Notes: generated from the sequence alone by a model not told the origin. A DNA stretch of 64,000 nt from Eledone cirrhosa (GCA_964016885.1 OZ024742.1:171864001-171928000); one strand, 5' to 3'. Shown: positions 44,424 through 58,201, numbered from the stretch's first letter. Numbers and translations: made by a program.

Positions 44424-45030
44424 TGTTTCTACTTTAGGCACAAGGCCAGCAATTACCCAGTGCATTACTGGTACATTATTTTATCGACCCCGTAAGGATG
44501 AAAGGCAAAGTTAACCTCGGCGGGATTTGAACTCAGTAAAGTTATAAATAATGATTTCTAGTATAGGGACAAGGCCAGTAATTTGGGGGTAGAGGAAAGT
44601 CGATTAAATCTACCCTAGTACCTCGGCGGGATTTGAACTCAGACCGTAAAGGACCGTAACTCTATGCTGCAAAGGATGCTGTCCGACTGTCTATCGATAC
44701 TACCAGTAAAGTTATGAATAATAGTAAATAAACCTTCTATACCGTAAAGTATGTTGGCTGACGCTCTACAAATTACTGTTAAGCCACTGCCCTACTATCA
44801 GATATATAATTGCTTCTACTGTTTGGCACAAGGCCACAATTATCCCAGTCTATTACTGGTACTTTATTTTATCGACCCCGTAAGGATGATAGGCAAGTTA
44901 ACCTCGGCGGGATTTGATCTCAGAATGGCAAGGGCCGTAACTCTATGCGTCAATGCATGGCGTCCGACCCTCTACCAATACTGGCAATCCACCGCCACTA
45001 ATATTAATAATAATAATAATCCACCGCCAA
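44421..45030 (-). mobile_element. Cluster of three SINE copies/fragments between (TAA)n tracts
   Basis: Copies at ~44421-44537, 44552-44705 and 44808-44998. Confidence 0.85.
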
Positions 45031-45060
45031 TAATATTAATAATAATAATAATAATAATAA

Positions 45061-45380
45061 TTTAGCAAGTATAAGGACCTGGAGATAGAAATTGGAAAAA
45101 TGTGGAAATTGAGAACTAAAACAATACCAGTGGCTGTAGGCGCTCTAGGAATGATACCTAAGGGGTCTAATGATTACTTATCGCAAATCCGAGGAAACCC
45201 GCGTATTGGAGAAATACAAAAGATAGTACTAATAGGAACTGCTCATATACTAAGGCAGATTCTGTCAATATAAGTACATCACAAGTCTAAACACCTAAAG
45301 ATGCATGTGTGTGTTTGTATGTTCTTTCTTGAACATGGCGGACCTTGTTGTCTCTTGAGGTCACTGGTTGTGACTTGGTG
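45061..45380 (+). mobile_element. 3' fragment of restriction-like-endonuclease non-LTR retrotransposon (R4/Dong-like), family 1
   Basis: 45061-45273 translates FSKYKDLEIEIGKMWKLRTKTIPVAVGALG...GTAHILRQILSI*; directly follows (TAA)n. Confidence 0.8.
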
Positions 45381-45404
45381 ATAACTCGTATGAACAAGGA
45401 GATC

Positions 45405-46290
45405 TGAGGGTGGAAGAGGTCTTATCAGCATAGAGGACTGTGTTCAGATGGAGAAAAACAACCTACACAAATACGTGACTGATAGTAAGGAGCCAATGCT
45501 CAGAGCTGTACTGAAGGAGGGGACAATAGGCCAGGGGATGTCCAAGGAGGAAATAACATCAAGGAGAAAGAGCAGCCTTCAGGAAAAAATACCTTCATAG
45601 TACCTAAAAAGGCTACAGAAGGAATGTTAATGGCTGCGCAGGAGCAGGCCCTCAAAACGAAGTGGTTGAAACACCACATTTACAAGGAGGAGGCTAGCCC
45701 ACTGTGCAAGATCTGTGGAGAGAGAGAGGAGACTGTGGCTCACATTGTATGCGAGTGTAAACACCTAGCCCAGACTCACTATAAGGGCTGGAGACATGAT
45801 GTGATGGGCAGGGTGATCCACTGGCACCTATGCAAAGTAAACAATTTACCACACTCTGAGAAGTGTTATGAGCATAAGCCAGAGGCGATGATAGAAAACG
45901 ATCAGGTGAAGGTGCTGTGGGATTTTAGGATACAGACGGACAAGAAACTGGAACACAATAGACCTGACCTGGTGGTTTTGGACAAAGAAAAAAGATCGTG
46001 CCTGATTGTGGATGTGGCCTGCCCATTCGACACGAGAGTGCAAGAGAAGGAGAGGGAGAAAATTAACCGATACCAGGACTTAAAGTGGGAGGTAAAAAGG
46101 ATTTGGAACTGCCATGAAGTCAAAGTGGTCCCGATTGTCATAGACGCAGTAGGTACTATCTCAAAAAGTTTCCAGGGATGGTTAAAGAAAATTGGCCACG
46201 CCACGCTTTTTGGACCGCTTCAAAAGGCATGCTTGCTGGGAACAGCAAGAACCCTCCGATACGTCCTGAATATCTGAGGCTGCGGTCATA
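45405..46290 (+). pseudogene. 5'-truncated R4/Dong-like retrotransposon, family 2: RT thumb end, CCHC knuckle, PD-(D/E)xK endonuclease
   Basis: GGRGLISIED, then after a break near 45595: AAQEQAL, CKICGEREETVAHIVCEC, RHD, RPDLVVLD...DVACP, EKINRYQDL, GTARTLR. Confidence 0.88.
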
Positions 46291-46299
46291 AATGGCCGT

Positions 46300-46560
46300 A
46301 ACTATATACCACAAAACCTATTTCCGAGGCTCTACCGAGGTTCTATCTTTACGTTCTGAGTTCCAATCCCGTTGAGGTTAATATTGCCTTTCATCCTTAC
46401 GGGTTCCATAAAATAAAGCACCAGTAATGCACTGGTGTCGATTTAATCGACTTTTCCCCTCCCCCAAAATTGCTGGCATTGTGCCTATATCAGAAATCAT
46501 TATTATTATTAGTAATATTATTATTGTGAATTGGCAGTATCGGTAGAGCGTCGGACAACA
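46300..46560 (+). mobile_element. Diverged SINE plus head of another copy
   Basis: CTGAGTTCCAATCCCG..GCCTTTCATCCTTACGGG core; GTGAATTGGCAGTATCGGTAGAG head at 46526. Confidence 0.75.
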
Positions 46561-47441
46561 TGTGGGTTTCACAGGGAGATTGGTATTATATAATTCATTT
46601 ATATGGTGGTTGTAGTCTTATCATGAGGTGAACATCTGTCATGCTTAAGGGAGTCATTCCAGACATGCCCGCCCTTGACGTAATTCTCAGAGACATAGAG
46701 CGTGACTTTGTACGTAGAATTCTGTTGTTAGAATAACAGGTACTGCTATCGGATAGGTTTCCTAAGCATGTATAATAAACCCAGTTTCCTTCTTAAGCTA
46801 CGAGGCGACAAGAGAATATTTTGAATGGCACATGTCCTCGAAGGCAAATAGAGGGATAGTAACCGAGATGGAATGATTGCATAGCGAACTACTTAACCTT
46901 TCAGCTATGATGCCTACGTAAGCGTGATGTGAATAATAAGACAAAGAAAGAAACAAAGAAAGCGGCGATGTCGATGATGAATGAGACAATGACAAAAGAT
47001 AGGAAGGAAGGAGAAAATATTAAACATATCCTTCGAACGAGAAATGAAAGTAAATCTTAAGAAATTCAAAATAAAATAAAACAAAGAAGAAACAGAAGCA
47101 AATGGCAAAGAAAAATAAAACGAACGTATAAAGATTAAGAAGTTATATATGAAAGAGAAACAAATAACAGATACGAAATTATATATATATATATATATAT
47201 ATATAAGTATGCATGTATACGTACATACATATATGTATACAGACGTACAGTAGCATGCACATATATATATATATATACATATATACATACATATGCATAC
47301 AGGTACACATACATATATGCACGTATCAGTTTAGCGGCGCTAACGTCGCTTTGTTCGTTTGTAAACAAACTGAACAGCCTGAATTTATGCCATACGGTGT
47401 TAAGGCAACCACGTCACCTTTTTGTTCAACACTGACACAGG

Positions 47442-47486
47442 AACGATGTACTAGTTTCAAGCTTGTTAGCTATCATCAGCACCGTT
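47442..47486 (-). ncRNA. Type I hammerhead ribozyme (inverted unit)
   Basis: Reverse complement of the 47996-48040 motif. Confidence 0.82.
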
Positions 47487-47995
47487 TACCCATCTGCCAG
47501 ATAGTTGAACGTTCGAAAGTATATACTTTCCTTATGAAAATTAACGGCTGAGCAGCCTAATTTGCATATTGAGTGAGTTAAATCGGTCAGGCATACCGAA
47601 AAGGATAAATTGAAACAAAATGAAAACGAAATTTCATTTCTCACTCTTAGTATGGCACTTACTTAAATGTAAGTATGCATGTATACGTACATACATATAT
47701 GTATACAGACGTACAGTAGCATGCACATATATATATATATATACATATATACATACATATGCATACAGGTACACATACATATATGCACGTATCAGTTTAG
47801 CGGCGCTAACGTCGCTTTGTTCGTTTGTAAACAAACTGAACAGCCTGAATTTATGCCATACGGTGTTAAGGCAACCACGTCACCTTTTTGTTCAACACTG
47901 ACACAGGAACGATGTACTAGTTTCGGCTGCTCAGCCGTTAATTTTCATAAGGAAAGTATATACTTTCGAACGTTCAACTATCTGGCAGATGGGTA

Positions 47996-48040
47996 AACGG
48001 TGCTGATGATAGCTAACAAGCTTGAAACTAGTACATCGTT
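47996..48040 (+). ncRNA. Type I hammerhead ribozyme, unit 1
   Basis: AACGGTG-CTGATGA-T-AGCT(AACA)AGCT-T-GAAAC-TA-GTA-CATCGTT. 7-bp stem I, 4-bp stem II, palindromic mini stem III (ACTAGT); predicted cut after 48033. Confidence 0.85.
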
Positions 48041-48461
48041 CCTGTGTCAGTGTTGAACAAAAAGGTGACGTGGTTGCCTTAACACCGTATGGCATAAATT
48101 CAGGCTGTTCAGTTTGTTTACAAACGAACAAAGCGACGTTAGCGCCGCTAAACTGATACGTGCATATATGTATGTGTACCTGTATGCATATGTATGTATA
48201 TATGTATATATATATATATATGTGCATGCTACTGTACGTCTGTATACATATATGTATGTACGTATACATGCATACTTACATTTAAGTAAGTGCCATACTA
48301 AGAGTGAGAAATGAAATTTCGTTTTCATTTTGTTTCAATTTATCCTTTTCGGTATGCCTGACCGATTTAACTCACTCAATATGCAAATTAGGCTGCTCAG
48401 CCGTTAATTTTCATAAGGAAAGTATATACTTTCGAACGTTCAACTATCTGGCAGATGGGTA

Positions 48462-48506
48462 AACGGTGCTGATGATAGCTAACAAGCTTGAAACTAGTAC
48501 ATCGTT
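48462..48506 (+). ncRNA. Type I hammerhead ribozyme, unit 2
   Basis: Same motif at +466. Confidence 0.85.
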
Positions 48507-48927
48507 CCTGTGTCAGTGTTGAACAAAAAGGTGACGTGGTTGCCTTAACACCGTATGGCATAAATTCAGGCTGTTCAGTTTGTTTACAAACGAACAAAGC
48601 GACGTTAGCGCCGCTAAACTGATACGTGCATATATGTATGTGTACCTGTATGCATATGTATGTATATATGTATATATATATATATATGTGCATGCTACTG
48701 TACGTCTGTATACATATATGTATGTACGTATACATGCATACTTACATTTAAGTAAGTGCCATACTAAGAGTGAGAAATGAAATTTCGTTTTCATTTTGTT
48801 TCAATTTATCCTTTTCGGTATGCCTGACCGATTTAACTCACTCAATATGCAAATTAGGCTGCTCAGCCGTTAATTTTCATAAGGAAAGTATATACTTTCG
48901 AACGTTCAACTATCTGGCAGATGGGTA

Positions 48928-48972
48928 AACGGTGCTGATGATAGCTAACAAGCTTGAAACTAGTACATCGTT
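48928..48972 (+). ncRNA. Type I hammerhead ribozyme, unit 3
   Basis: Same motif at +932. Confidence 0.85.
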
Positions 48973-49393
48973 CCTGTGTCAGTGTTGAACAAAAAGGTGA
49001 CGTGGTTGCCTTAACACCGTATGGCATAAATTCAGGCTGTTCAGTTTGTTTACAAACGAACAAAGCGACGTTAGCGCCGCTAAACTGATACGTGCATATA
49101 TGTATGTGTACCTGTATGCATATGTATGTATATATGTATATATATATATATATGTGCATGCTACTGTACGTCTGTATACATATATGTATGTACGTATACA
49201 TGCATACTTACATTTAAGTAAGTGCCATACTAAGAGTGAGAAATGAAATTTCGTTTTCATTTTGTTTCAATTTATCCTTTTCGGTATGCCTGACCGATTT
49301 AACTCACTCAATATGCAAATTAGGCTGCTCAGCCGTTAATTTTCATAAGGAAAGTATATACTTTCGAACGTTCAACTATCTGGCAGATGGGTA

Positions 49394-49438
49394 AACGGTG
49401 CTGATGATAGCTAACAAGCTTGAAACTAGTACATCGTT
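49394..49438 (+). ncRNA. Type I hammerhead ribozyme, unit 4
   Basis: Same motif at +1398. Confidence 0.85.
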
Positions 49439-49859
49439 CCTGTGTCAGTGTTGAACAAAAAGGTGACGTGGTTGCCTTAACACCGTATGGCATAAATTCA
49501 GGCTGTTCAGTTTGTTTACAAACGAACAAAGCGACGTTAGCGCCGCTAAACTGATACGTGCATATATGTATGTGTACCTGTATGCATATGTATGTATATA
49601 TGTATATATATATATATATGTGCATGCTACTGTACGTCTGTATACATATATGTATGTACGTATACATGCATACTTACATTTAAGTAAGTGCCATACTAAG
49701 AGTGAGAAATGAAATTTCGTTTTCATTTTGTTTCAATTTATCCTTTTCGGTATGCCTGACCGATTTAACTCACTCAATATGCAAATTAGGCTGCTCAGCC
49801 GTTAATTTTCATAAGGAAAGTATATACTTTCGAACGTTCAACTATCTGGCAGATGGGTA

Positions 49860-49904
49860 AACGGTGCTGATGATAGCTAACAAGCTTGAAACTAGTACAT
49901 CGTT
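49860..49904 (+). ncRNA. Type I hammerhead ribozyme, unit 5
   Basis: Same motif at +1864. Confidence 0.85.
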
Positions 49905-50325
49905 CCTGTGTCAGTGTTGAACAAAAAGGTGACGTGGTTGCCTTAACACCGTATGGCATAAATTCAGGCTGTTCAGTTTGTTTACAAACGAACAAAGCGA
50001 CGTTAGCGCCGCTAAACTGATACGTGCATATATGTATGTGTACCTGTATGCATATGTATGTATATATGTATATATATATATATATGTGCATGCTACTGTA
50101 CGTCTGTATACATATATGTATGTACGTATACATGCATACTTACATTTAAGTAAGTGCCATACTAAGAGTGAGAAATGAAATTTCGTTTTCATTTTGTTTC
50201 AATTTATCCTTTTCGGTATGCCTGACCGATTTAACTCACTCAATATGCAAATTAGGCTGCTCAGCCGTTAATTTTCATAAGGAAAGTATATACTTTCGAA
50301 CGTTCAACTATCTGGCAGATGGGTA

Positions 50326-50370
50326 AACGGTGCTGATGATAGCTAACAAGCTTGAAACTAGTACATCGTT
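50326..50370 (+). ncRNA. Type I hammerhead ribozyme, unit 6
   Basis: Same motif at +2330. Confidence 0.85.
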
Positions 50371-50665
50371 CCTGTGTCAGTGTTGAACAAAAAGGTGACG
50401 TGGTTGCCTTAACACCGTATGGCATAAATTCAGGCTGTTCAGTTTGTTTACAAACGAACAAAGCGACGTTAGCGCCGCTAAACTGATACGTGCATATATG
50501 TATGTGTACCTGTATGCATATGTATGTATATATGTATATATATATATATATGTGCATGCTACTGTACGTCTGTATACATATATGTATGTACGTATACATG
50601 CATACTTACATTTAAGTAAGTGCCATACTAAGAGTGAGAAATGAAATTTCGTTTTCATTTTGTTT

Positions 50666-50735
<70 letters not shown>

Positions 50736-50736
50736 G

Positions 50737-50810
<74 letters not shown>

Positions 50811-51141
50811 TAGATATATATATACATATATATATGTATATACATTTATATACACGCACACACACACATATATATATATATTAGAAAGTGAGTTTTTTTT
50901 TACAAAATGAATAATAACCGAGGTGTCCTACACGAGTGAAAGTATAAAGAAAAAAAGATGAAATCGAAAATGCAACTGGAGTCTTATTTTTAAAAAGAAT
51001 ATATATATTTATTTTGTTCCTTTACCGGTTTCGCAGTTCTTCTGCTTTTCAAAAGTAGAGTTGAGATGGAGGGTCTGTGGTTTTTCTCACATATATATAT
51101 ATATATACATATATATATACACACACACGCACACACACATA

Positions 51142-51362
<221 letters not shown>

Positions 51363-51777
51363 GTTTGTATGAATTCCTACAAGGAAAACTATAGTGTAAC
51401 GGAAGAAAAATAAAGACGCTTGAAAGCAACTTTAATGCTATACATATAAGTGCATCCACACACACGTCTATCTACATATATTTATATATACACATACAAA
51501 CATATACGTACATATTTATATACGTACATACATATATGCACACAATGTATACATAGACGCAAGCAAAAAGCAGAACATCGTATCTACAAGACAAAGAACA
51601 ATATAATAATGGTAATAGCAACAATAGTAACAACAGAAGCAACAACAATATGAACGAAAAATGAAACCGCAACTGAAACCAATATTATTATTATTGAAGT
51701 TGCGAGGAAAAAAAAATATAGTCTGAGTGCAATTGTTTTCAACTTCACAATCAGAGGAAGGTATGAAGTTGTCAAGA

Positions 51778-51848
<71 letters not shown>

Positions 51849-51974
51849 AACGAGTAGGACATATACAGCTGCGTGAGTGCATGTATGTATACACAAAAGT
51901 ATCCCTGTATCTCTCACTCTCTCTCTCACTCTCTCTCTCTCTCCCTCTCTCACTCCTCTCTCTCTCTCTATCTA

Positions 51975-52020
<46 letters not shown>

Positions 52021-52199
52021 TCCCTCTCTCTCTCTCTCAATGATGAGATGAAAAACTAAAAATCCATTTGATAATAAAGAAATAATTCATGTGTAAGATA
52101 TATGTTATGTTGTAGTATGATTTGTTCTGGATATGCTTATAACCAGGAGTTAAATCAATTTATTTATGAAATATAACCACTATAATAGTTCTCTCTCTC

Positions 52200-52252
<53 letters not shown>

Positions 52253-52339
52253 AGAATCGACATGACAAACACAGATGTAAAAACACAAACTGTTATTAGT
52301 TTCACGCTTATATATATATATATATATATACATATACAT

Positions 52340-52401
<62 letters not shown>

Positions 52402-52450
52402 CATTATGTGTATATATATATAATATATATATATACATATGTGTATATAT

Positions 52451-52518
<68 letters not shown>

Positions 52519-52522
<4 letters not shown>

Positions 52523-52736
52523 AACGAGTAAGACCCCGACGGCTGAGCTGAAGCCGTTTCGACGGCTAATTCTAGACTAAATAAACATTTTCATTTAGTC
52601 CAGAATTAGCCGTCGAAACGGTTTGAGCTCAGCCGTCGGGGTCCTACTCGTTCCTATTACCCACTCTACTACCCTAAGTATTGAGTACTTTGGTGCGTTA
52701 TGGTCCACCTGGTTCCTTACCATATTTCCTCCGTTA
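52519..52736. mobile_element. Foldback element in (TA)n, family A copy 3
   Basis: Arms centred near 52587; a ~16-bp end fragment of the same sequence sits at 51845. Confidence 0.75.
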
Positions 52737-52751
52737 TATATATGTATGTAT

Positions 52752-52823
<72 letters not shown>

Positions 52824-52827
<4 letters not shown>

Positions 52828-52976
52828 CGTTTCAGAATTTGTTTAGCAAGATTCTTTATCTGAATTCGTGTGTTGAAACCGATATTGTTATACTTTGGGA
52901 GGGTCATGTTGCCAATAAGAAACACACTGGTGCATGTGTTTCTTATTTTACAACATGACCCTCCCAAAGTATAACA

Positions 52977-52979
<3 letters not shown>
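52824..52979. mobile_element. Very short head-to-head insertion of the sister PLE family (pLTR 3' ends only)
   Basis: - arm encodes [28 protein letters not shown]; + arm ends ATGACCCTCCCAAAGTATAACAAT; in (TA)n. Confidence 0.85.
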
Positions 52980-53071
<92 letters not shown>

Positions 53072-53166
53072 CATGTAGTGTGTTTATTTGGTCGAGCAAA
53101 TATGTACATCCATGAATGAATAGAGATGGTTCATTTAAGATACATAAAACATATCGAAGATTGCTT

Positions 53167-53224
<58 letters not shown>

Positions 53225-53226
53225 TA

Positions 53227-53281
<55 letters not shown>

Positions 53282-54074
53282 TATATTGATAAACTCGAAC
53301 TCAGAAAATAACTGGATATAGACGATTTCTCTACTCTAAACAATAGCTTCGAAAATCAGTTAAAGTATAAATATTGACGGAAAACTGGCTAGCAGCCGTT
53401 ATACTGTATCGAACTCTATCCGCCTCAAATCGTGGCTGAGTGCACTGTACCGTGAATCATTCTATCCGACGTTCTAATGATTCCGCCAATTCATCACCTA
53501 ATGAGCAATAAAACATGATGCATGTTTGGGTGAATGTGTTAAGACTCAGTTCACTTTGGCTAAATCCGATCTGCATGGCATTCAAACAGTTTTCAACTAT
53601 GTGATTTCACTTACACTGTATTAACCAAAACAAGGGTATAATAAATAACATGCATTGGCATCGAACAAGGGAGCAAATGAAGTGAGCCTCTAAACTATTT
53701 GGTCATGCAACTTCCACACACCAAAAATTTCACAATCAATTTCACAAAGAATTTCACAATGTCATATATCAAGATGTTGATGCGTACATATTGTTTGTCA
53801 ATAAGATTCGGCCATGCTACGTCCATTCATGTACATTTATATAATATGTGTGCGGTTTATATAATATGTATGCGTATATCTTTGGGACAACAAATGTATG
53901 TATTTATGTGTAGTACAGCATAAAAAAATGTAAGCCGTTTTATGAGTTCCCACATATAAATGGTCTTATATTTGCATATGTAAATACACTTCAATAGGCT
54001 GAAACATCAATATCTTATGAACATCTTCCACTCTGATTTTTCTCTCATACACTCATTACACCCCCACCCATAAA

Positions 54075-54105
<31 letters not shown>

Positions 54106-54535
54106 GCATGCATATATATATATGGATATATATTTAATGTATATGCATATTTATGGAGATATCAAAATATAAATCTATATATTTGCATCTCACACACACA
54201 CACACACACACGGACATATACACGCACATACACGGACACACGACCGCACACACACACACGCACACACACCCAGACACACACACATATATATATATATATA
54301 TTGCCCAAATGATTCATTTGAATTTGTACTCGTTGCATATTTATTAACACATCCACTTGCGCATTTATATATGCAGACGCATGTAAGTATCTGATCACAT
54401 GCATGTGTTCGTACACATGCAGTTTGAAGAACATCACCAATTCTATAATAGAATGATAAAATCACCTTCATAATGTAAGTATGTAGTCATACGTGTTTCG
54501 ACAAATCTTATTAGATATGAGCAAAAATAAACACG

Positions 54536-54641
54536 CATACATAGATACGTACATACATTGATGCATACGTATATATACACATACGTAGATATGGACATAC
54601 AAATATACGCACATATATACACGCACATGCACCACGCACAC

Positions 54642-54727
<86 letters not shown>

Positions 54728-55860
54728 ACAAGCGTATATTTTATGCCAACGACTTCTTGTGTCTATCTTGAGAATTGGTAGCTATTGTTAGTAAACCAGT
54801 TGGTGCTAATTTCTCCATGACCAGACACTCGGTCTGTCGAATTAACAAGAACAATAGAACGATGTAAATTTTCCTAGAATAATCATTCACTATGATATTA
54901 TAGCATTATGATAGCCTTCCAGCAAACAAATATGATTCCTGTACATTTCCAAATTCTCAAACTTCGATATGGAGTCAACGATCAGTGTTAACATGTAGTT
55001 GTTATAAGATCGATTGGGAATAGATTGAAGAAGAGGATATAATGCAAAAATAAAAATGTGCAATACTATTGTTTGCTGCATGGAAATCTAGCCAGTAGCT
55101 CTAGTATTGTGTTGCCTTACACTACCTCAGTTAATATATTTATGTATTCATTAAGAGACATACGACCGCCTAGATTTCATAGGATTCAAATATGGTACTA
55201 TTGGCGCCTGGAGATATAGGATTCTTATAAAATATTTTCAAATTCTTAGTTACATAAAGCTTTGAAGTTTCTTGTCCACGTTGAATGAACGACTACTGCT
55301 AGGAACTGTAATACCTCCCAACACCCTGATATCACATCCACGTATTATGAAAAGCAAATGGTAAATAATGAAATTCTCTATGAATAAGTTGGTATAAGAG
55401 AAGACGAAGAGCATCAGTAGTGAAAGCAGCAGAAACTGATAGCGGGTACATCTTCAGTGGAATTCCGGTGGGATGGTGGAATGGAATAATGGTGGTAATG
55501 GATTGGAATAGTAGTGTTGATCGAATAGAATCCTGGAAGTGGTATGTTAGTGGAATGAAATAATGGATGTGGAACGGTTCCTGGAATCGAATAACGGTTC
55601 TAGTGTTTTTTGTTAAATGTAATACAGGTTGCGGTGCATTCGTTGAACATTAATACTCATATTATACCCTTGTTTATGAACGCACATAAATACATATATA
55701 CATACATACATTCGTACGAATATGAATACATAATATATACATACATAGATACGTACATACATTGATGCATACGTATATATACACATACGTAGATATGCAC
55801 ATACAAAAATATACGCACATACATACACGCACGTACACCATGCACATATATACATACACA
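54536..55860. repeat. ~120-bp low-complexity direct repeat at 54536-54650 and 55740-55860
   Basis: Shared CATACATAGATACGTACATACATTGATGCATACG... Confidence 0.8.
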
Positions 55861-56988
55861 CACATATACTTATTCATAGTGGGCATGTTAAGCTTAAATT
55901 AGCGATGAATGCCATCTTCAACATTCATGCCCCAATTTCATTGTTAAATATCTGTTAATTCTTTTCATAGCATTCACTGAATAAAGGTTTAGTCAAAAAC
56001 AAAGCTTTATTCCCCTGCAACATGTATTTACCATGTAGATTATTGTTACAAATAACATGGCTGAACATAACAACCTCCACAACATTGGAGAAAATTCTAA
56101 AGAAGACAATTCGGAATATGTAAACCTAATGTTACAAACATTAGTTATAGGGAAAAAATGAAATTATAAATTATATACATATGTTCCGAAGTTATGAACA
56201 ATGTTATGACGTACGTAATTGCTCTAAATTGTGGAAAGAAATGTTAGTTCTATTGGCTATATGGATAGAGTAAAATTATACTGGTAGGGCAGTGTCAAAG
56301 GATTTGACGACAAAACAATTAATCCAATCAGCAATATTTGTTGAACGTAAACACAGTGTTGATGATTATACGTACAACGCGAAGACCACAAAGGCAAAGA
56401 AATGTTAGTAAACGAATGGATTTCTACAACACACATGCTGACGAAGCGTATGCTAACTGATCAATGTTTGGCTGCAATAACGCTGACCGTATATATCTAA
56501 CGCCCAATGACCATAGTTTTATTTACGATAATAAAGGATTGATGAACTTGGAACATTCAGAATATAACTGATGGAAATATATTCCTTAATGAAACGTATG
56601 AAAATGCAGTATATTTTGTATTTGTAAATCCATCTATAAGGAAGGTGGTTGTGTTCCTGTGCAAAGCACTTATTTTCATGTTGCCCCAGTATACACAGCT
56701 GAAAGTGTGCAGCATCGGTAGCTCGCGGTTTAATCCTGCGATGGTTTGGCGTCTCCTCAAGCTGGGAGTTTTGTAGTCTCAGTTGCTTAAATCTACAGAA
56801 AACGAGGTTACTACCGGTCTAATGCACCCTGAGCTTGAGACAGAATTTATACAACGAGGAAGACCATATTTGAGAGCTGCGGAAGAGATATGGGCGACAC
56901 TTAACCGACAAAGAGTACTACAGGTAAACAATGATGGATGAAAATATATCTTACGATGTCACGTGTAACTGTGGAATAAAATACGTAG

Positions 56989-57048
<60 letters not shown>

Positions 57049-57202
57049 TGTTGCAACGAATGGAATTTATTGGACATATTACAATCGTTTCCCTGGCGAC
57101 CAGCTCGAGGCACAATCGATGTGATGATCGAACCTGACTCTGAAAATCGCAACGTCCTCAGATACGTCTTGATTCTACAAAGAAGATTTTCCTAGATTTT
57201 CC

Positions 57203-57249
<47 letters not shown>

Positions 57250-57263
<14 letters not shown>

Positions 57264-57896
57264 TGAGGATGTCTGTCTGTGTGTGTGTGTGTCAAAGTTT
57301 CAATCTCTAACACTCGAGAAGTATCGTAACGAATTTTTTCAAACTTTACATGTGTATTGCGTATATTTCAGGGAGTGTTATGCACATACACAATTAAACT
57401 TTTTTTTTATCCCCTAGGGCCCCGCATTAGGTGAAAAACTGCGTTTTTTCAGCTTTTGGGGGATCTTTTTGAGGCGTTAGGTCAGACCGATTTCCTTGAA
57501 ATTGTAACTATGTATTAGTCAGTCTCTTCTTCATACCGTGAGCAAAGAAAATCTAACTTTGTTATGGCATAGGGCCCACATTAGGTGAAAAACTTAATTT
57601 TTTCACCTTTTAAGGCTTTTTTGAGGCGTTACGTCTAGCCGATTTTCCCGAAATTTCAAGGCATATTATGCACATAATAAAAATTCATTTTCTTGATCCC
57701 CTAGGGCTCCCATCAGGTGAAAACGTCCATTTTTTCTGCTTCATCGACGAAAATCTTAAAGCTTATCCAGCCATCAGAGTATTCGGTTTATTTTCTTTAC
57801 ATATTGTCCAGGCATGCAGTTTTTCCACGATTAGGTCTGTTGGCAACCCGCGTTCCAAAATACCTTATCCCGTGCAACGCCGGGTACAACTGCTAA
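57250..57896 (+). mobile_element. Non-autonomous Helitron-like element with internal subrepeats
   Basis: 5' ATATATAAAA..GATGTCTGTCTGT; 3' hairpin CCCG(TGCAACGC)CGGG followed 8 nt later by CTAA (CTRR). Subrepeat TAGGG..CAT.AGGTGAAAA at ~57411, 57568 and 57698. Confidence 0.7.
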
Positions 57897-58143
57897 TATA
57901 TATATATATATATATAAGGATACGCATTTCAAAGAGGTATGGCTTATGTATAACATGATGTTATACATAACCAATACATCTTTGAAATACGTATAATAAA
58001 AGGAATAGGGATTGACTAAAGTTACCGTCTTATTTGTTTATAAATATGAAACTCCGGATAAACATAAACTGTCGAGTGCTTGACTTATGTTATGTTAAAA
58101 TCGGCTGATTCTAATCCATCCAACTTTCTCTAATGGAACAAAA

Positions 58144-58201
<58 letters not shown>

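Larger units (their letters stand above)
47204..50669. mobile_element. Retrozyme-like array: 466-bp hammerhead-containing unit, ~1.55 copies on - (47204-47924) joined head-to-head to ~5.9 copies on + (47925-50669), inserted in (TA)n
   Basis: Units start at 47925, 48391, 48857, 49323, 49789 and 50255 and appear identical. One hammerhead per unit; (TA)n on both sides. Confidence 0.88.

Noticed and set aside
47135-50658. Repeated 66-, 93- and 112-aa ORFs in the 466-bp array
   Set aside because: They run through TA/CA low-complexity sequence on both strands and have no recognisable domain.
47925-50669. Array as CRISPR, rDNA/5S or snRNA cluster
   Set aside because: No variable spacers and no recognisable rRNA/snRNA sequence; eukaryotic context.
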